A stretch of 64,000 nucleotides of DNA, taken from the NCBI GenBank assembly GCA_002633005.1, contig NMRA01000797.1, forward strand, positions 14,293 to 78,292. The letters are read 5' to 3'. Position 1 is the stretch's first letter. Each line of letters starts with the position of its first letter. Positions 38,590 through 52,489 of this stretch are shown here, piece by piece. Made by a program: the position numbers and the translations under genes. The DNA comes from Phoronis australis (Eukaryota > Animalia > Phoronida). The notes below the pieces were generated by a model that was not told the DNA's origin, searched no databases, and saw only the letters and a program-made list of their open reading frames with translations.

Positions 38590-39061
38590 CAGGCCTTTAT
38601 CCAGGATTTCGAAAACAGGGTGTCCAAAATGGGGTTCCCAATATTCCAGGGCGTCCATGATTCTGACGCGTAACCCCCTACCCCCAGCAGTCCCCCCAGA
38701 CACACACATTTTTAGACCAAGGTTTTTACATTTAAGTTTACAAAACATCCTTCTGTAGTGAGCATTTTTACTAAAAAACTGTAGACCAAGACTTTTACAA
38801 TGCTATCAACCAAGTGTGAGCATAGCAACATTGTATATACTTTGTACATACATTGTATATTTCTTCTTGCTTTGAAAAACAGCCCCCACTGTGAGCCTTC
38901 AGAGGCTTCCTAGTATTCAATACAATGTGTGAGTCCAAACTTGAAAGGTTCCTATTGACAGTGGGCATCCAAATGATACATTGGGCATATTTGCCAGGGC
39001 ATCCAGATTAGTCCTAGGGCGGCCATTTGGACGCCCATGACATACGCTGCATAAAGGCCTG
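38590..39061 (-). mobile_element. hAT-superfamily MITE, copy 1
   Basis: TIR CAGGCCTTTATCCAG / CTGCATAAAGGCCTG with perfect 8-bp TSD TGGTCAAG (38582-38589 and 39062-39069). Confidence 0.9.
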
Positions 39062-41664
39062 TGGTCAAGTTGTCTAAAAAAAGGTTAGTTTTTGCAGAAC
39101 GCATTAGTTTGCAGAAACTTTAAGAGTGCAAAAGTGTACCAAAGTTTATCAAATTTTGATTGGTAGAACTGTACAGTACGCAGATGTGTCCCAACCGATA
39201 ACTTTTGCTGATAAATTTGAAAAATATAGCTTTGCAGTGAACTTGATCGCAGTACTATTAACAATGATGCAGTGTCACCCACTCTAGAGGTGGCTGCTCA
39301 ATTGATGAGAAGTAATTTCAAATATTAATAAGCCGAAATGTTCAGGCTTCAATGGAAAGTGCGACATCCTCTTACCATTTTTCTACGGTAAGGAGGCCCT
39401 GCACCGGCCCTCTCGCTAGGGTAGAAAAATGCGTAGCAAACATTATGTGCAGTACTTTTCAAAATGTCAGGCACTCCAATTTGATTAAAGCAACTATCTG
39501 CCTTCCATCACAAAAATCATTTTTAATTAGGCCACTTACTATTAAGAAAATGGTATCAAATTATGTTGCTTAAAAACAACTGACAGCTGAACATCTTTTG
39601 CGAAAAGGCTATACAAATTGACTAGTCACAATTTGATTTTATTTGGCGAGGAAGGACTCTAGCAATACAACGAAGTGTCAGTAGTTGGCAGGACCAAAAA
39701 ATCACTTCTCATCTGAGCAAAGAAACAAATCGACATCTGTTTTATAGTGGCAAATAGTCTAAATCAAAAATGTATGTTTTAGTTGTGTAAACAATGGTAG
39801 GACAACATACTGCACATCCAGCACTCATATTAGAACTTTTTATCAATTTCTTGATGACATTATTACAGAGAGACAAGTGCTCGACAAGTGTTGCGCATTG
39901 GCTTCGTTAGGAGAGTGGTGCTATATACAGTACTCTTACACTGAATTAAAACCTGGAACTGGAAAATCACAAGTTGATTAGCTGTCAATGATAAAATCTT
40001 ATACAAAGAAGCCGCCCTTTGGGGTTTAAAACATTACCATGCTGACATTGGATCTATCAGTAGCCGAAAGAACCAGCAACTCAGTCACAGGTAGTGCATA
40101 CACCGCCATTTTCAAAGTCGTAATTTGAAGGGTCACCAACCCCAATAAAACTCTTAAGAATTTTCTTCTTGAGTTGTTGATGGCTTCAATGTTCTTGTTG
40201 ACAAAGGAAATGGAATCCTATCACAGTAATCACTATTGTGGGTCTGATTTCATGAAAGTAACAGGCCTGATTCCATATTCCATTCCAGCCAACTAAATGG
40301 GGCGAAATGAAATTTCACAACACCATGTTAGTAAACATGGGGTTAACATGCATGTGAATCTGCATGGTAGTTCACAACCACTGTGGCATTAAAACTTACA
40401 ATTCAAAATGAAGTTTGAATTTTGCCTGTTTGGACAAATGTATTTTAATGAAAAGGCCACCACCATATTGTTTGTCTTCACAGTTGCTAGTGGTGTGATA
40501 TGACCTCTTTCTGTCCTTATTAGCTAACAATTAGTCACAATCTCTTAAAGTAAAACAAATCCACTTTGGGAAACCAAAATTCAAACCAAAATTAAATTTT
40601 TTTCACTCCAAAAAATGAGAAATTGGTGATTTTGGCATTAACCATATTTCACAAACGTCAGACAGTCCGTTCTATATTAATTACATAGTCTGAAAACAGT
40701 CCTGGAAGATCATAAGATTGTCAAAGACAGCAGCTAACGCGGCATTTTTATGCATCCCCATAGAGTGAAACATTGAGGTGAATCGATATCATTGTACCCC
40801 TCACACCTTCTTTTTCAAATGAAACCACAGACTGCTACTGAAAAATAGGCATATTCATCTCAATGTGAACCTTCAGCTGTGCTACATGGGGTTACTGCAC
40901 ACACTCGTTTCGTGCCGGTTTCCAGTTCTGAGATTAGAAATGCCAGCACTGCGGCTTCAAAGCATTAAACCACGGCTGTTTTTACACTACTGCTCAACAC
41001 CTGATTACGAATTGATGCCAGTTGATGCAGTTTTTGCCATCTTTCTAGTAATTCTTGAATTTCGGATGACCTGAGCATTGCCTATCTCAAAAATTTGGTA
41101 CAAGCTCCAACTTAATCAAATCAATGAGCTATACCAAATAATAGATTGTTCATAGACCAAACTGGAGAATGTTTATTGTAGGTAAACAGCCAAAACAAAA
41201 ATGGACAGTTGCAACAGTAAAGTCACACTTTAACTAGCGTCACCATGCAAAATTTTCAAACACTTGATAGACCTAAGTGCTGCCTTTCCTGGACTAATGA
41301 AATAAGACTAATGGAAAGAAATTGTGCAATATTTTTTGCACACCTGCGGCAACCTCTCGTTGTCTCATAAAACAAAAAAGACATTAAGATACAATCATGG
41401 TGGACTTTAACACCGGCTTCCAAGAAATGTCCCCTACACCAGAACAGCCAGGCCAAATGTTGAAAATACGGTAAATCAAGAAATCGTGCATTACGTGCTG
41501 ATAGTAGGCAACTCACGGCGCACTATCAACACTGTGAAAAGGAGTCACTGTTGAAAGCATGTGTATGGTTAAGGGACAGTGTTTTAAAATTGAGAAGTTA
41601 AAGAATACTTAAGGGGTGTAAAGAATATCAAGCGGCAAATTTTGATTGAGGATGCTTACCATTA

Positions 41665-41790
41665 CAAGAGCAACGCGGAGCGTTGAAATGCGCCCACAAT
41701 TGCACCGCATACGGTATCCTTCTAGGGTTGTTTATTGGTACCATAAAGTGGCCAGTAGAGGGCATACTTTGCAAAATGGAAAGGCATGGT
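41665..41790 (+). mobile_element. Truncated copy of the HINE-like repeat at 27351
   Basis: ACAAGAGCAACGCGGAGCGTTGAAATGCGCCCAC...CTTCTAGGGTTGTTTATT matches 27351-27460. Confidence 0.6.
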
Positions 41791-43714
41791 CATTGTCTCC
41801 TCAATAGGCTAGGGGCAAAATGTGAGTAATCTTCATAATACAAGCACATCCTATACACCAGTTGCTTAAAGCACCACAGAAACATAGAATTAAAAACAAA
41901 TTTACCAACATACGAGATTAGCACAGCATTAGAATGCCAGAAACAAATTTCTACTNCACCAGGAACAGTTGTCAGAGTGCGAGTTGGCACGTCAGGACTT
42001 GCATTGGATCGCAAGCTGTCATTTACATGAAGGCTGTCTGTGCAGCATAGACAATAGCAAAGGCCCACATAAACAATCAAAGTAGCAAATGTCCAAACCA
42101 TGAGGATTGTTCTGGAATCAAGTGTATGCTTATTTTGTCCCTGTTTATGTTTAGACAATGGTATGTATTTGAAACTAGAGCAACACCTCTACTATAACTT
42201 GGTCTACCTCTGAAACCAGTGTCAAAAACGACAGCCACACCAACAGCTCTGTGTCAGTCATGTCTACACACACACACTTGCATCAGATCAGCTGTTCCAC
42301 GTTTGTTACTCTGTGACATTACTGTCTCCTGTGTAAATGCGCCTAAAGGCAGATGTAGTATTATTACAAGAAAGTGACTGTGCACTTTGCTACCTGAAAT
42401 TAGTTTTCCAAAAAAGTTGAAACCATGTTTCCAAGAAATTTTGTCAATAAATGAGCATTTACAAAAACATTAAAGGCACCTCAAAGTACACCACTAAGAG
42501 TATCAACAGGATAAACTGGGTGGGCCGCATAACCAAACACATTAGTGCTTAATTATTAAAAGTGGGACAATTCCAAGTCCAATACAACCGTTCACCCTTA
42601 AGTGTGAAACAGACATGTTTACATGAAGATCTGCTCAGGGTGAATAAATAGAGTACAGCAATTTTTAACTTATTTTGCACAAAAATAATTGCCAACATTG
42701 TCACGATTTTTCATTTCTTCAGAGGCCGATAACTTTGCTAGAAACAAATGTAAATTTTACAAAATGTTGTCTTATGAAATCTACACTGCACAGACCATGT
42801 TAGTAATGGATTAAATATTTTAAATCTCAATTTTTGTGGGGAAATGTGACGGAATAGAAATTTCATGTGTCGGCCATATTGTGTGCTAAATAAGTGAATA
42901 ATCACAGCATTCAGTTTCATACATTTGAGATAGAACCACTTGTCGGAGAAGATGAAGTATCGCAGTGGAATAGGGGGCATTAATTAAACAGCATAGTAAG
43001 TATGTATGCACAGAGTATCGTTTAAAATGCACAGCTTCACATCTCGTGCCCACGTGGCTGACTGACACTTGCTTGCAATTAGCTTCCTATCTACAAGTGA
43101 GTGGTGTGATTTCTGAATGAAAAGGCATTGCAATATAATGAATATTTGCTCTAATGACTGATCCAAGTGACATTTGATGCCATTAGATAAAATAAATATT
43201 TCATAACTTCTACACCACTAGTGTTGGCATGTTAACTAATCCTAACACTAATAGAAATTATTTGAGAAAACTATGATTACATACAGCTAAAAGTACAAGT
43301 AAAGTCAACAAAGAGCATTTTATTTAATTTCATAATCATATACTTTAAAATTCTTGTCACCACTTCGTGAAATTAATTGCTAACATGTACTTCTGCACGG
43401 AACTGGCAAAGACCACTAAAAGCCAGAAAATGTTCTTATATTAATCCATTATTTTCAGCATGACATGTGGTTTACTAAACCCGAAAAAATAGTACATGCA
43501 ATGATTTGAAATCCACAGATTAAGATTCTCTCAAGTATTCCAAACCAGTAAATACAACCTACACATTTTCACTTTCCCGCAATCTAGTACGTAAGTTAGA
43601 TTATCGCTATTCTAAGACCACCGGTGATCAACTTCCTGAGAACCATCTTAGTCCTATAGGCATACAGCAACCTGCAGCAAATCACAGGCCCAGAGTGACA
43701 CATTCATATTCAGT

Positions 43715-43970
43715 TTTGACCAATCATCATGCAGTCCTGCATTGACCAATCACATCCCAGCAGCCCACTTGCTCAATCAGATGAACAACACAGGCAAGTC
43801 GTATGTGGGATGTACCCAGTACATAAGACACTCATTATGACAACTAGGGTAGAATGCTGGTAACTCAAGCTTCACACAAGATGGCAGTCCTCTGCGTCAT
43901 GTAGTAGAAATAGAATATTGAGCAGTAATCAAGAAAATACTCTCAGTGATGACAACACTCACAGGTAAGT
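43715..43970 (+). promoter_or_regulatory. Candidate promoter and short first coding exon (possibly of RYamide paralog 2)
   Basis: Two TGACCAATCA CCAAT boxes (~43717, ~43743), TGCGTCA CRE-like site (43893-43899), and ATG ACA ACA CTC ACA G|GTAAGT (43949-43970), a phase-1 donor compatible with the phase-1 acceptor at 58049. Confidence 0.3.
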
Positions 43971-46900
43971 CACCTTTTGATTGAAAGGTTCATTGACTAA
44001 ATGATGAAATTAGTTAAAAACTGTTAAAAATTCTTCAGCTTAGGGCACAAAAGGATGAGAGATAATTTTTCCATTTTACGAATGTTTTTTACAAAAATGA
44101 CATTTCGGGTAATTCTACTTGCCTGGTTTGTATGTTACAGTTGTAAACAAATGCAGTTGGTAAAATTTCAGGTACTACGAATATTCTCACATTTAGCACC
44201 CACATTTGATTTAGTGCAATTAACAACTGATATCAACTTATTCTCGACTAACGTGATGAACCATTTCTGGGCCATAGAAGAACAGACACTTCCAATTTAG
44301 TGCGGCCTGATCCTCTGCTCGGCAAATAAAATCATGCAACATGAAAAGATAACCCAATCACAAGCAACAAGCTCTCTGTTTTTCCCGAACTCAGGAATAA
44401 TATTTGTTTTTGAAAGTTAATTACATCTGCTTTTAAGTTACAGTTCAGTTAATTTCGTACGCCACTAATATTCTTATACATTCCACGACTGTTCCAGCAA
44501 TATCAGGAAATCACTGCAAAAAGAGAGCGTTACATAAATTGTAAATGCACATTACTTTAAATTACTATTCTTTTTTATGTTTCTCCCGTGTAAGTAGTAA
44601 TTATTACACATCTTTTTAGTCTTTGATCTATTCTCTCTAACTGGTTGGAAGAGCAATTATAAAATTCTTGGTCATGCAAAGCACAGCTAGTTTAAAGTTA
44701 TGCAGGACTATAACGGAAAGTCTGCACACTAAGCAAAGGATCTAGATAACCAGGTGACATATTTAAAAAAACATTGTTACAGTATTCCAAAATATTGTTA
44801 CGTTTTACCCAACTTAAGAGATTTTTTTATGAAAATCATAAGTCTCACTTTTGATAGCCAGTCATGCAAAAGTGGAACATTTTAAAAACAATTCCAAACA
44901 GCTTTTTTCAGAACAGTGCATAAAGCATAATACTTCCGAAAAGTTTCATATAAATCCGATAGCCATTTCTGAGATATGATGTTCCGAAGTTAGCCAAATT
45001 CGGAATTTTTACAAGATCCTGTCGTGACCCTTGGTTCCGCGTAAATTAAGATAATAAGCGGGATATTCCACTAAGCCGGATATTTCATTTAGCATTTCGA
45101 CTTGGGACTTGGCAGTAATCGTAACAACTAGCTCAAAGGGAAACAGGAAACATTCAGTTTCACCTCCGGCACAAAGATCTAGTAATTAAGAGCAATTGAA
45201 TTTAAGATAAATGTGGATTCTATTATAGTGGAAACAATTCATTTGTAACACAACAAATACAGAAACCAAAGTTCTTGTCACTCTTTTAATTCAAGAAGAA
45301 TTAAACATTTAAAGACATCCAAATGTGAAATGAAACTGTTCAATGAAACAGATTTTTATATGGCAATCCAGTTAAATCATATATTACCCTATCATACTTG
45401 ATTCCGTTACACACCCACACAGTGGGATGGGTGTCCAGATTTCACTGAACTAGTTGGGATACAGAAGTTTCCTTATCAGTTTGACAGTGATAGCAAGGGG
45501 AGACAGTTGGCAAACCAGTGTTTACATATTCCAGCTCTCTGGTTGTTTGCATTTATCTGATGAGCTCAAGTAGGTACCATAATCCAGCAATTATGTGGTA
45601 AACAGAGAGCCTGATGCTAACCAATATTTAAAAATACTATTTCCAAACCACGTTGAATGAATTTGTGACAGAGACGTGCTTTGTATGGAATACTATCGCC
45701 AAAAAACTTTGAATGTAGAAAAATGGTCGAGTTTCAGAGAAATTAGACTTAACTTTCACCTGCTGATTCTTTTTTGGGACCTGAGGTAGAAATTAGTAAG
45801 CTCTGACCCACTTAACTACCACAGCATTGTGTACCAACAAAATAGGCTTGTTCCTCAAGTTTAATGGAATGTGACACTAGATCAAACCCTGATGTTGGAA
45901 ATGTCTTGGTCTTAACAGTCCAGGGGAATGGTATGTAATGCATTATTTTGCATATAGCTATTACAATTATGGTTTGTACATCAAATATGGAGAAAAAGAA
46001 ACATCTATGATTTCAACCCAAAAGAACTGTATAAAACAAAAAGTGTCAATAAGCTTTACTCCGTGACTTGATCTTTTGAGACCAACGCAAAATTATATTA
46101 ATAAAACCACTAGCCAGTTGCCATAGAGTGAAACACGATGGCGCAAGACAATGGTCATATTACATAAACAATGATAAAAAAATCAACTTCAATGTCAAAT
46201 AACAACAATTTAAATCTCTCTGGAAGTCAAGGGATACCCTCAAAACTGATGTAAGCCTGGTTTTGGTAAAAAAAGTTTTGATTCAGGCAACAAAGTTACT
46301 TTTTAATGCTTACTATGACATTGTCAGTACAATAAACATACAGACCCAGTAACTGTCAAGAGGCTTGTATCTGGGCTAACAGCTTAAAATAACAAATAAC
46401 AAAACAGGTCTTGGCTCTTGTTCCTTACTCCTGTTTTATGTGATTTATGGATGTAAACAGAACAGACAGGTTTTATTTGCTCCAAACTGAGGCTCAACAA
46501 GTTGGCTTAACCATTTCATATGAAGTAGAATCTCCAGTCATTAATGCAGAACTGGCATCCCTTAGAAAACACTTTCCACTTGAGTGAACAATAGAATAGT
46601 TTTATAGCAGCAAGAGATCTAAATCAAAAAATGTTTGAGCCATATATGACATTAATGAGGGATAGAGAACAACATTTTCACATTGGTACAAGCTCACTTT
46701 TCAACTTACTATTTGATGATGTTGAGAGCGAAACTACTAGCAGCAATCTTCAACCCCCTACGTCCCCTAAGTGAATATCTGTACTCCGCGAAAATGGCTA
46801 TAATCGTGAACTAAAGTACTTACATTTTCATAAATAATGATTGCTTACCTTATACCAAATGCAAGTAACTCATTAAAACTGCGTTGTGAGACAATTGCAT

Positions 46901-49567
46901 TCGGAGATTCAATCAACTGGGTAAAATGACAAGTTTCATTAGACAGTTCTGCATAATACATCCAAAAATTAAGTATTTGCAGCTCAGCAGAAGTGATAAG
47001 TCTGATAATTAAAGCAATAACAGAATACAATAGGGACACAATAAGGCTCATGAAATTTGCCATCATGTTATTGGGTTGATAATCAATCTCATGTATTGCT
47101 TCTAGCTTGTGATGTAACAACTGTCCAAATCATTTCTAAAGAGTCTGCTATCATAAATTACACACCTTCCCATTATGACTCAGTATACATAACTTTAAAC
47201 TAATTGTGACTCTTTGTGCTGACAATATGGTATCATTCTATTGTGTTTGCATTGCTTTATAAAACATTTCGAAAGCTGAGACAATAATCCATAGGTATAG
47301 TTCTGCTACCTGTTAGGAACAAGTGACATATTGTCAGACTTTGATGCTGGCTGTGGTGACTATGGGATTATTCCCAGGTTGCCAAACACAATCTGAAGTC
47401 ACCTTGGCAAGCTGCAGGTTACCAAACTGAGCTGTGATGTCCATCCAAGTAACCAGCTTTCATTGTAGTAAGAAGTCTTACTTAAACAACACCAGCAGCA
47501 ATTAGCAATGCTTGATTGAGTTTCCAATAATAAAGTGAAATGTTTGGGCCAGGAGTGAACAAGTAAAGTAATGGAAATGATCCTATCTCATATGTAAGGC
47601 AAATCATCTGAAAGTACAGCAGTTGAGAATTATTCATTTTCATTAATTAAGCCACAACAGAGCTGAATTTGGCTGAAAATATTAGATTTCATATTCAAGG
47701 CAATTCAAAATAAATTTCCTAGGAAGCCCGGAAGTAGTTTTCAAAGACAACTTTGACATAGAAGTGTTGATGATCCACCTCGTGACAAAAGAGCCATTTT
47801 GTTTCTAATAGAACTAATTTCAATTCTTGCTAAATCGTAATAATTTACTTAGGATGTCCATTCTAGAATAAACAATTAGTGGCTCGACACAATAACCACA
47901 CATTAAACTCTTGATTAAATGCTTGGCTATTTCATTGCGACAAAGGTTCGGTTCAACTGAACTCGTCTGCCAAATATTTCTGGCAAGAATTCCTCCATAT
48001 TTGACACAGTTGAGTCGATGTCGGTCTAGGTTATTTTGAAAAATACAATGTGCATCTCCTTCAATCATCAACATTGAAACATACCTTCATTGCAATAATT
48101 TGGGATAGTCAATTATTGTGAAGAATGCGTGGAAAAGAAGAGATGATGATAATTTTATAACTCAGGTATGTTCCACAACAGTTGTGACCGAAGAATATTT
48201 CAACAAATTTCTCAAAAAACTTGCTGGACAAAACTTCAAGTAAAACCAGCACAGGTGGGTATTACTTTCATTTCCGACTGGGTTAATTATGTATCTTATA
48301 CCCACCTTAAAATGCTCATGTGACATACCTTAAGAGAAAGAATTCAGTTGGTTAAAAATAAGGGGCTTTCAAACTGAAAAAAAAACCCGCAAATCTAAGC
48401 TCATATATGTACAAGACAAAAGCACCACCGTTTCCTCATTACAACAGCTAATTTTGTTAACATCAAAAATGACTGGTAAGAACCATCAAAGTGGCAAAAT
48501 TCTAATAACGAAAGGCTTCGACACCTTAATAATTTTCCTGGTTCCCCCTTTAATCTCGGTCATGACCGAAGGTTACTCTTACAGTGAATTCTACATCCAC
48601 CGAGCCGTCACGATGTGAAATTCCTGTGAGGTCATTTTGTTTCAACCCTTTTGGATATACCGTACATCGTTTCATAAAACGCTTGCAAAATTAATAACAA
48701 AATGTTCTGTTTCAAGTTTTAAGAGTGAAACTAACTCATTTATTACCAGAATTGTTTTAGTTTGAGTGAAAGTGAGCAGACATCAAAAGCCTCACCTGTA
48801 TGATGGAGGAATAATACATTTGAAAACTTAACATCAATTGAATAGAAATGTAAGAATTGCATGAAATATCCCATTACCAGTGCACACAAACGTGTTGAAT
48901 GCGTGATTGGAACAAAAACACATTTAATAGCCCATTACCAATGTTTCACACAGTGAATTTAGGTCAGAAGTTAAAGTTTGAAGAAAATAATAGTCAGCTC
49001 AAATTAAAACCATTAAAGCATTAAACAAACGGCAAAACATTCCAAAAGTCAACAATTGTAAAATTCACACAGCAATACAACAAGCATGGACTACTGTGAG
49101 CATCTTTAGTTATCAGTCACGTGCGCTGGAGGCAGGATTGGGGGGACTATTACTTTCTATATTATTCATTCACAAACGTACGCACCACCTGACGTGTGAC
49201 GTTTTGCAACAAAATTTGTGTGCCATTCAGTTATTCACTTTTCACATACCCAGAGAAACTGGGATGTCTTCATTCTACCCATATTATAATAGCCTTCTAA
49301 TGTCCATGCAGCAACCTTATGATTGTATACTCTTGACATCTAGGACACTAGAACAGTATTTCAAATTTCGCTAATTTTGGAAGAAATTCTACATGTAGGA
49401 TACAGCTGATGGAATTCAAGAGAAACTCACTGTCAAAAATGCAGTAGGAATATGAAAACAAAATGGTGAGAAATTCTAAACCCCATAAAACTCAGTTCCG
49501 GAAAAGGGCATGACTAATTAATTAAATTACGGGAAACTGTAGTCAGTAACCGAAAAATATGTCTGGG

Positions 49568-50036
49568 CAGGCTTTCATGCAGAGTATGTCCTGGCACTAA
49601 TATGGACGCCCTGGCAAGGATGCCCAATGTATCATTTGAATGCCCACTATCAATAGGAACCTTTCAAGTTTGGACACACACATTGTAATGATTACTAGGA
49701 AGCCTAGTATGAAGACTCACAGTGGTGGCTCTTTTTTCAAAGCAGGAAAAAATATATGGCAATGTATATACAAAGTATATACAATGTTGCTACACTTGGT
49801 TGGTTGATTGTAAAGTCTTGGTCTACACAGTTTTTTCAGCAATAATGCTCACTACAGAAGGATGTTTTTTAAACTTAGATGTAAAAACCGTGGTCTATGC
49901 ATTTTCTTGTAAAAAATCTGTGTGTTTGGGGGAGGGTTGCAGGGGATGGGGGTTACACATCGGAATCACGGACGCCCTGGAATATTGGGAACCCCATTTT
50001 GGACACCCTATTTTCGAAATCCTGGATAAAGGCCTG
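49568..50036 (+). mobile_element. hAT-superfamily MITE, copy 2
   Basis: TIR CAGGCTTTCATGCAG / CTGGATAAAGGCCTG with perfect 8-bp TSD TGTCTGGG (49560-49567 and 50037-50044). Inverted homolog of 38590-39061. Confidence 0.9.
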
Positions 50037-50729
50037 TGTCTGGGATAATCAACCAACCATATTTTTACTAAAAATGACATGAAAAAGGTTGCTTTCTGAT
50101 TTAACATTATGCTCATTTCAGCATTGATTCAAACTTTTTTAAATTTCATGGAAAAACTCATAAGTTGCACAAAACAAGAACCAAAGGGTTGTTCAGAAAA
50201 GATGACCATATCAGAATTTTCAATATTTCTTCTTGAACATCTAAATGAAACAATCATTTTTTGCAAAATTTTAGTAAAAAGACATGGTAACGTCATTGAT
50301 AAATGACGGATTGATATCAAGTCAAAAATCAAATTCTATAGAGTTTCTACTTACAGAAATTAGGCTTCTCCGACAACTTAATTCTAGTTTAATTGTAGAT
50401 ATTTTCCTAAATGCACAAATTTGTCGAAAAATCCCATATAGCTTTACTCATAAACTGTTTTTCGTTTAGTAAAAAGGAAAGATCATTCCACGTAATGACA
50501 AACATTCAACGTAAGTTGCAAGTAAAACAAACACTTTTATCTATCAAACATTCACTTGAAAGATTCTGACAATAATTTATCTCCACATGCCTAAAATGAC
50601 TTTGCAAAAAAACAAAGCACCTAAAGAAACTAATAGCAGAATGATACTGCCTTAAAGATTTTGTAATCGTTCAAGTACCTTTACTAATACAACTGAAGAA
50701 TGCAAAAGATCTATAAAATATGCAACTTA

Positions 50730-50859
50730 AGGGCCTTTCATACTAACGTCAATGCGTCGATGGTTTGGGGAGTTGCGGTCAGTATGAACGGTCCAGCTAA
50801 CTGCGCTGTTTACATCGACGCTCCCCTCAGACCTGAGTTTAGTCAATATGAAAGGGCCT
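50730..50859. mobile_element. 130-bp PIF/Harbinger-like MITE
   Basis: TTA|AGGGCCTTTCATACTAAC ... GTCAATATGAAAGGGCCT|TTA; internally deleted relative of 25677-26629. Confidence 0.75.
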
Positions 50860-51649
50860 TTAAAGCATAACCAATTACTATGAGAAATCTTCTGAAGTGG
50901 GCCTCTTTGAAGAACTGAAGGGCGTTATGTAAGATTGGAAATCAAGCTTAAGTGACTAATCAAAGTCATGACCTATGGGAAAATTCAAGGCAAAATAACT
51001 CATTAAGCTAATTAGTTGTTGTGTAGACATTGGCAAAATTTTTAGCCACTTAGGCTATGCAAAGAGGGAATGGAACATACTTTGTAAAAACGAGTTTTGA
51101 TAATTTAAAAAGAATTTTATTTGCTTCCCACTCACAGCCTCAACGTAACCATGTAATTGACTCCGGCAATCTGGCAATTCTTTACACTGTGAATACTTAG
51201 CAAACATAAATAATGGGTTCTAACAACATTTACTTTGAAAATTAGAAAAAAGAAGCCAGACATGAAAACAATGACGTGCAATTTGAGCTATACTTGGATT
51301 TTTACCCAGGGACTCTAATGCTTGCTTTTCAATGCATTGTAATAATAAACACAAGTGTCCACCTCCACAATCACCATTAAATCCCAGTTCACATTGTTTC
51401 CTATAAATTCATAGTACTTAAAAATTAGCAATTTATCATTTCTTTTTCCTATTTCATTAAAACCAGGGCCATGGCCCCAAGAGTGTAATTGGTAACAAGT
51501 TGACTCAATAACGACTGATTCAGTAAAAGATTTTCGATGCGTAATTTCTAATCTCTAGCTAATTGGTTACAGTCATAGTTTTTGGGAGCTGATCTGACTC
51601 TGGAGTTGACAGCATTTTTCATTCTTGTGTTCTCATGAGGAACTAGGGT

Positions 51650-52107
51650 CAGGCGGAAATTCATCATTCTAGATCGAAGTTAACAGCTCCAGTTCACTTC
51701 GCAGGTAAACAGGTGGATTTAACAACGCAGCGTTGTTGTTGCAGTGCATTATGAACGGTCAATTCCGGTTTCAACGAAGTTACTGCCCGAGGCCACTGTT
51801 ATCCTCAAGAATTAAAGGACAAAGTTGTCGCTAATGGTTTCTTAGGTTTTACTAAAATAATCACCAATCGAATTAGAAATAACTTTGATATCAAATAGCA
51901 CACTTGTTCTAAAATTGTCACATCAAAAAAAAATTGTGCATGGGTCATCAACACATAACTTTATGGGATTACTGGGATGATGACTAGGTCACCTACTGTT
52001 TACTTCAATGCCCTTAACTACAGAAGCTGGTACCAACAATTCAATTAACTTTGTAGTTTACATTGATGCTAAGCTCATCCTAGAGTTAAGTTAGTGTGAA
52101 GGGACCT
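51650..52107 (+). mobile_element. PIF/Harbinger-like element copy
   Basis: Shares CAGGTGGATTTAACA...ATCACCAATCGAA...TCACCTACTGTTTAC...AGTGTGAAGGGACCT with 25677-26629. Confidence 0.6.
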
Positions 52108-52384
52108 GCAGAACAAAAGGAACTGGTTTCCTTGAGGGAACACAATAGTTCAGTGGTGCAGCATCACCAGCATGCCTCATGTAATTATTGTCCAATTATG
52201 TCCTAAACTATGTGGTTGTCCACTGCCAAGAAAAAACCTCACTATATAAAACAGTCCTCTACATAGCCTGCCCTAGAACACCTTAATGCACGAATGCAAC
52301 TTAACCCACTTTTAAAAGGAGCGTCCACACAAACACCTATCTGATACCTAGGGTAAGACAGAAGTTGCCGCTCCGTGCATGAAA

Positions 52385-52489
52385 ATGAACACCTAATGCG
52401 AATAATTGGGCCGCAAAAGAAGACCAGTGTGCATGACAATGAACACCTGATGCGAATAATTGGGCCGCAAAAGAAGACCAGTGTGTATG
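52385..52489. repeat. 54-bp tandem duplication
   Basis: ATGAACACCT.ATGCGAATAATTGGGCCGCAAAAGAAGACCAGTGTG.ATG starting at 52385 and 52439. Confidence 0.85.

Noticed and set aside
38497-38748. ORF sharing DALEYWEPHFGHP with ORF 49722-50048, suggesting a gene family
   Set aside because: The similarity comes from two copies of the same non-coding hAT MITE.
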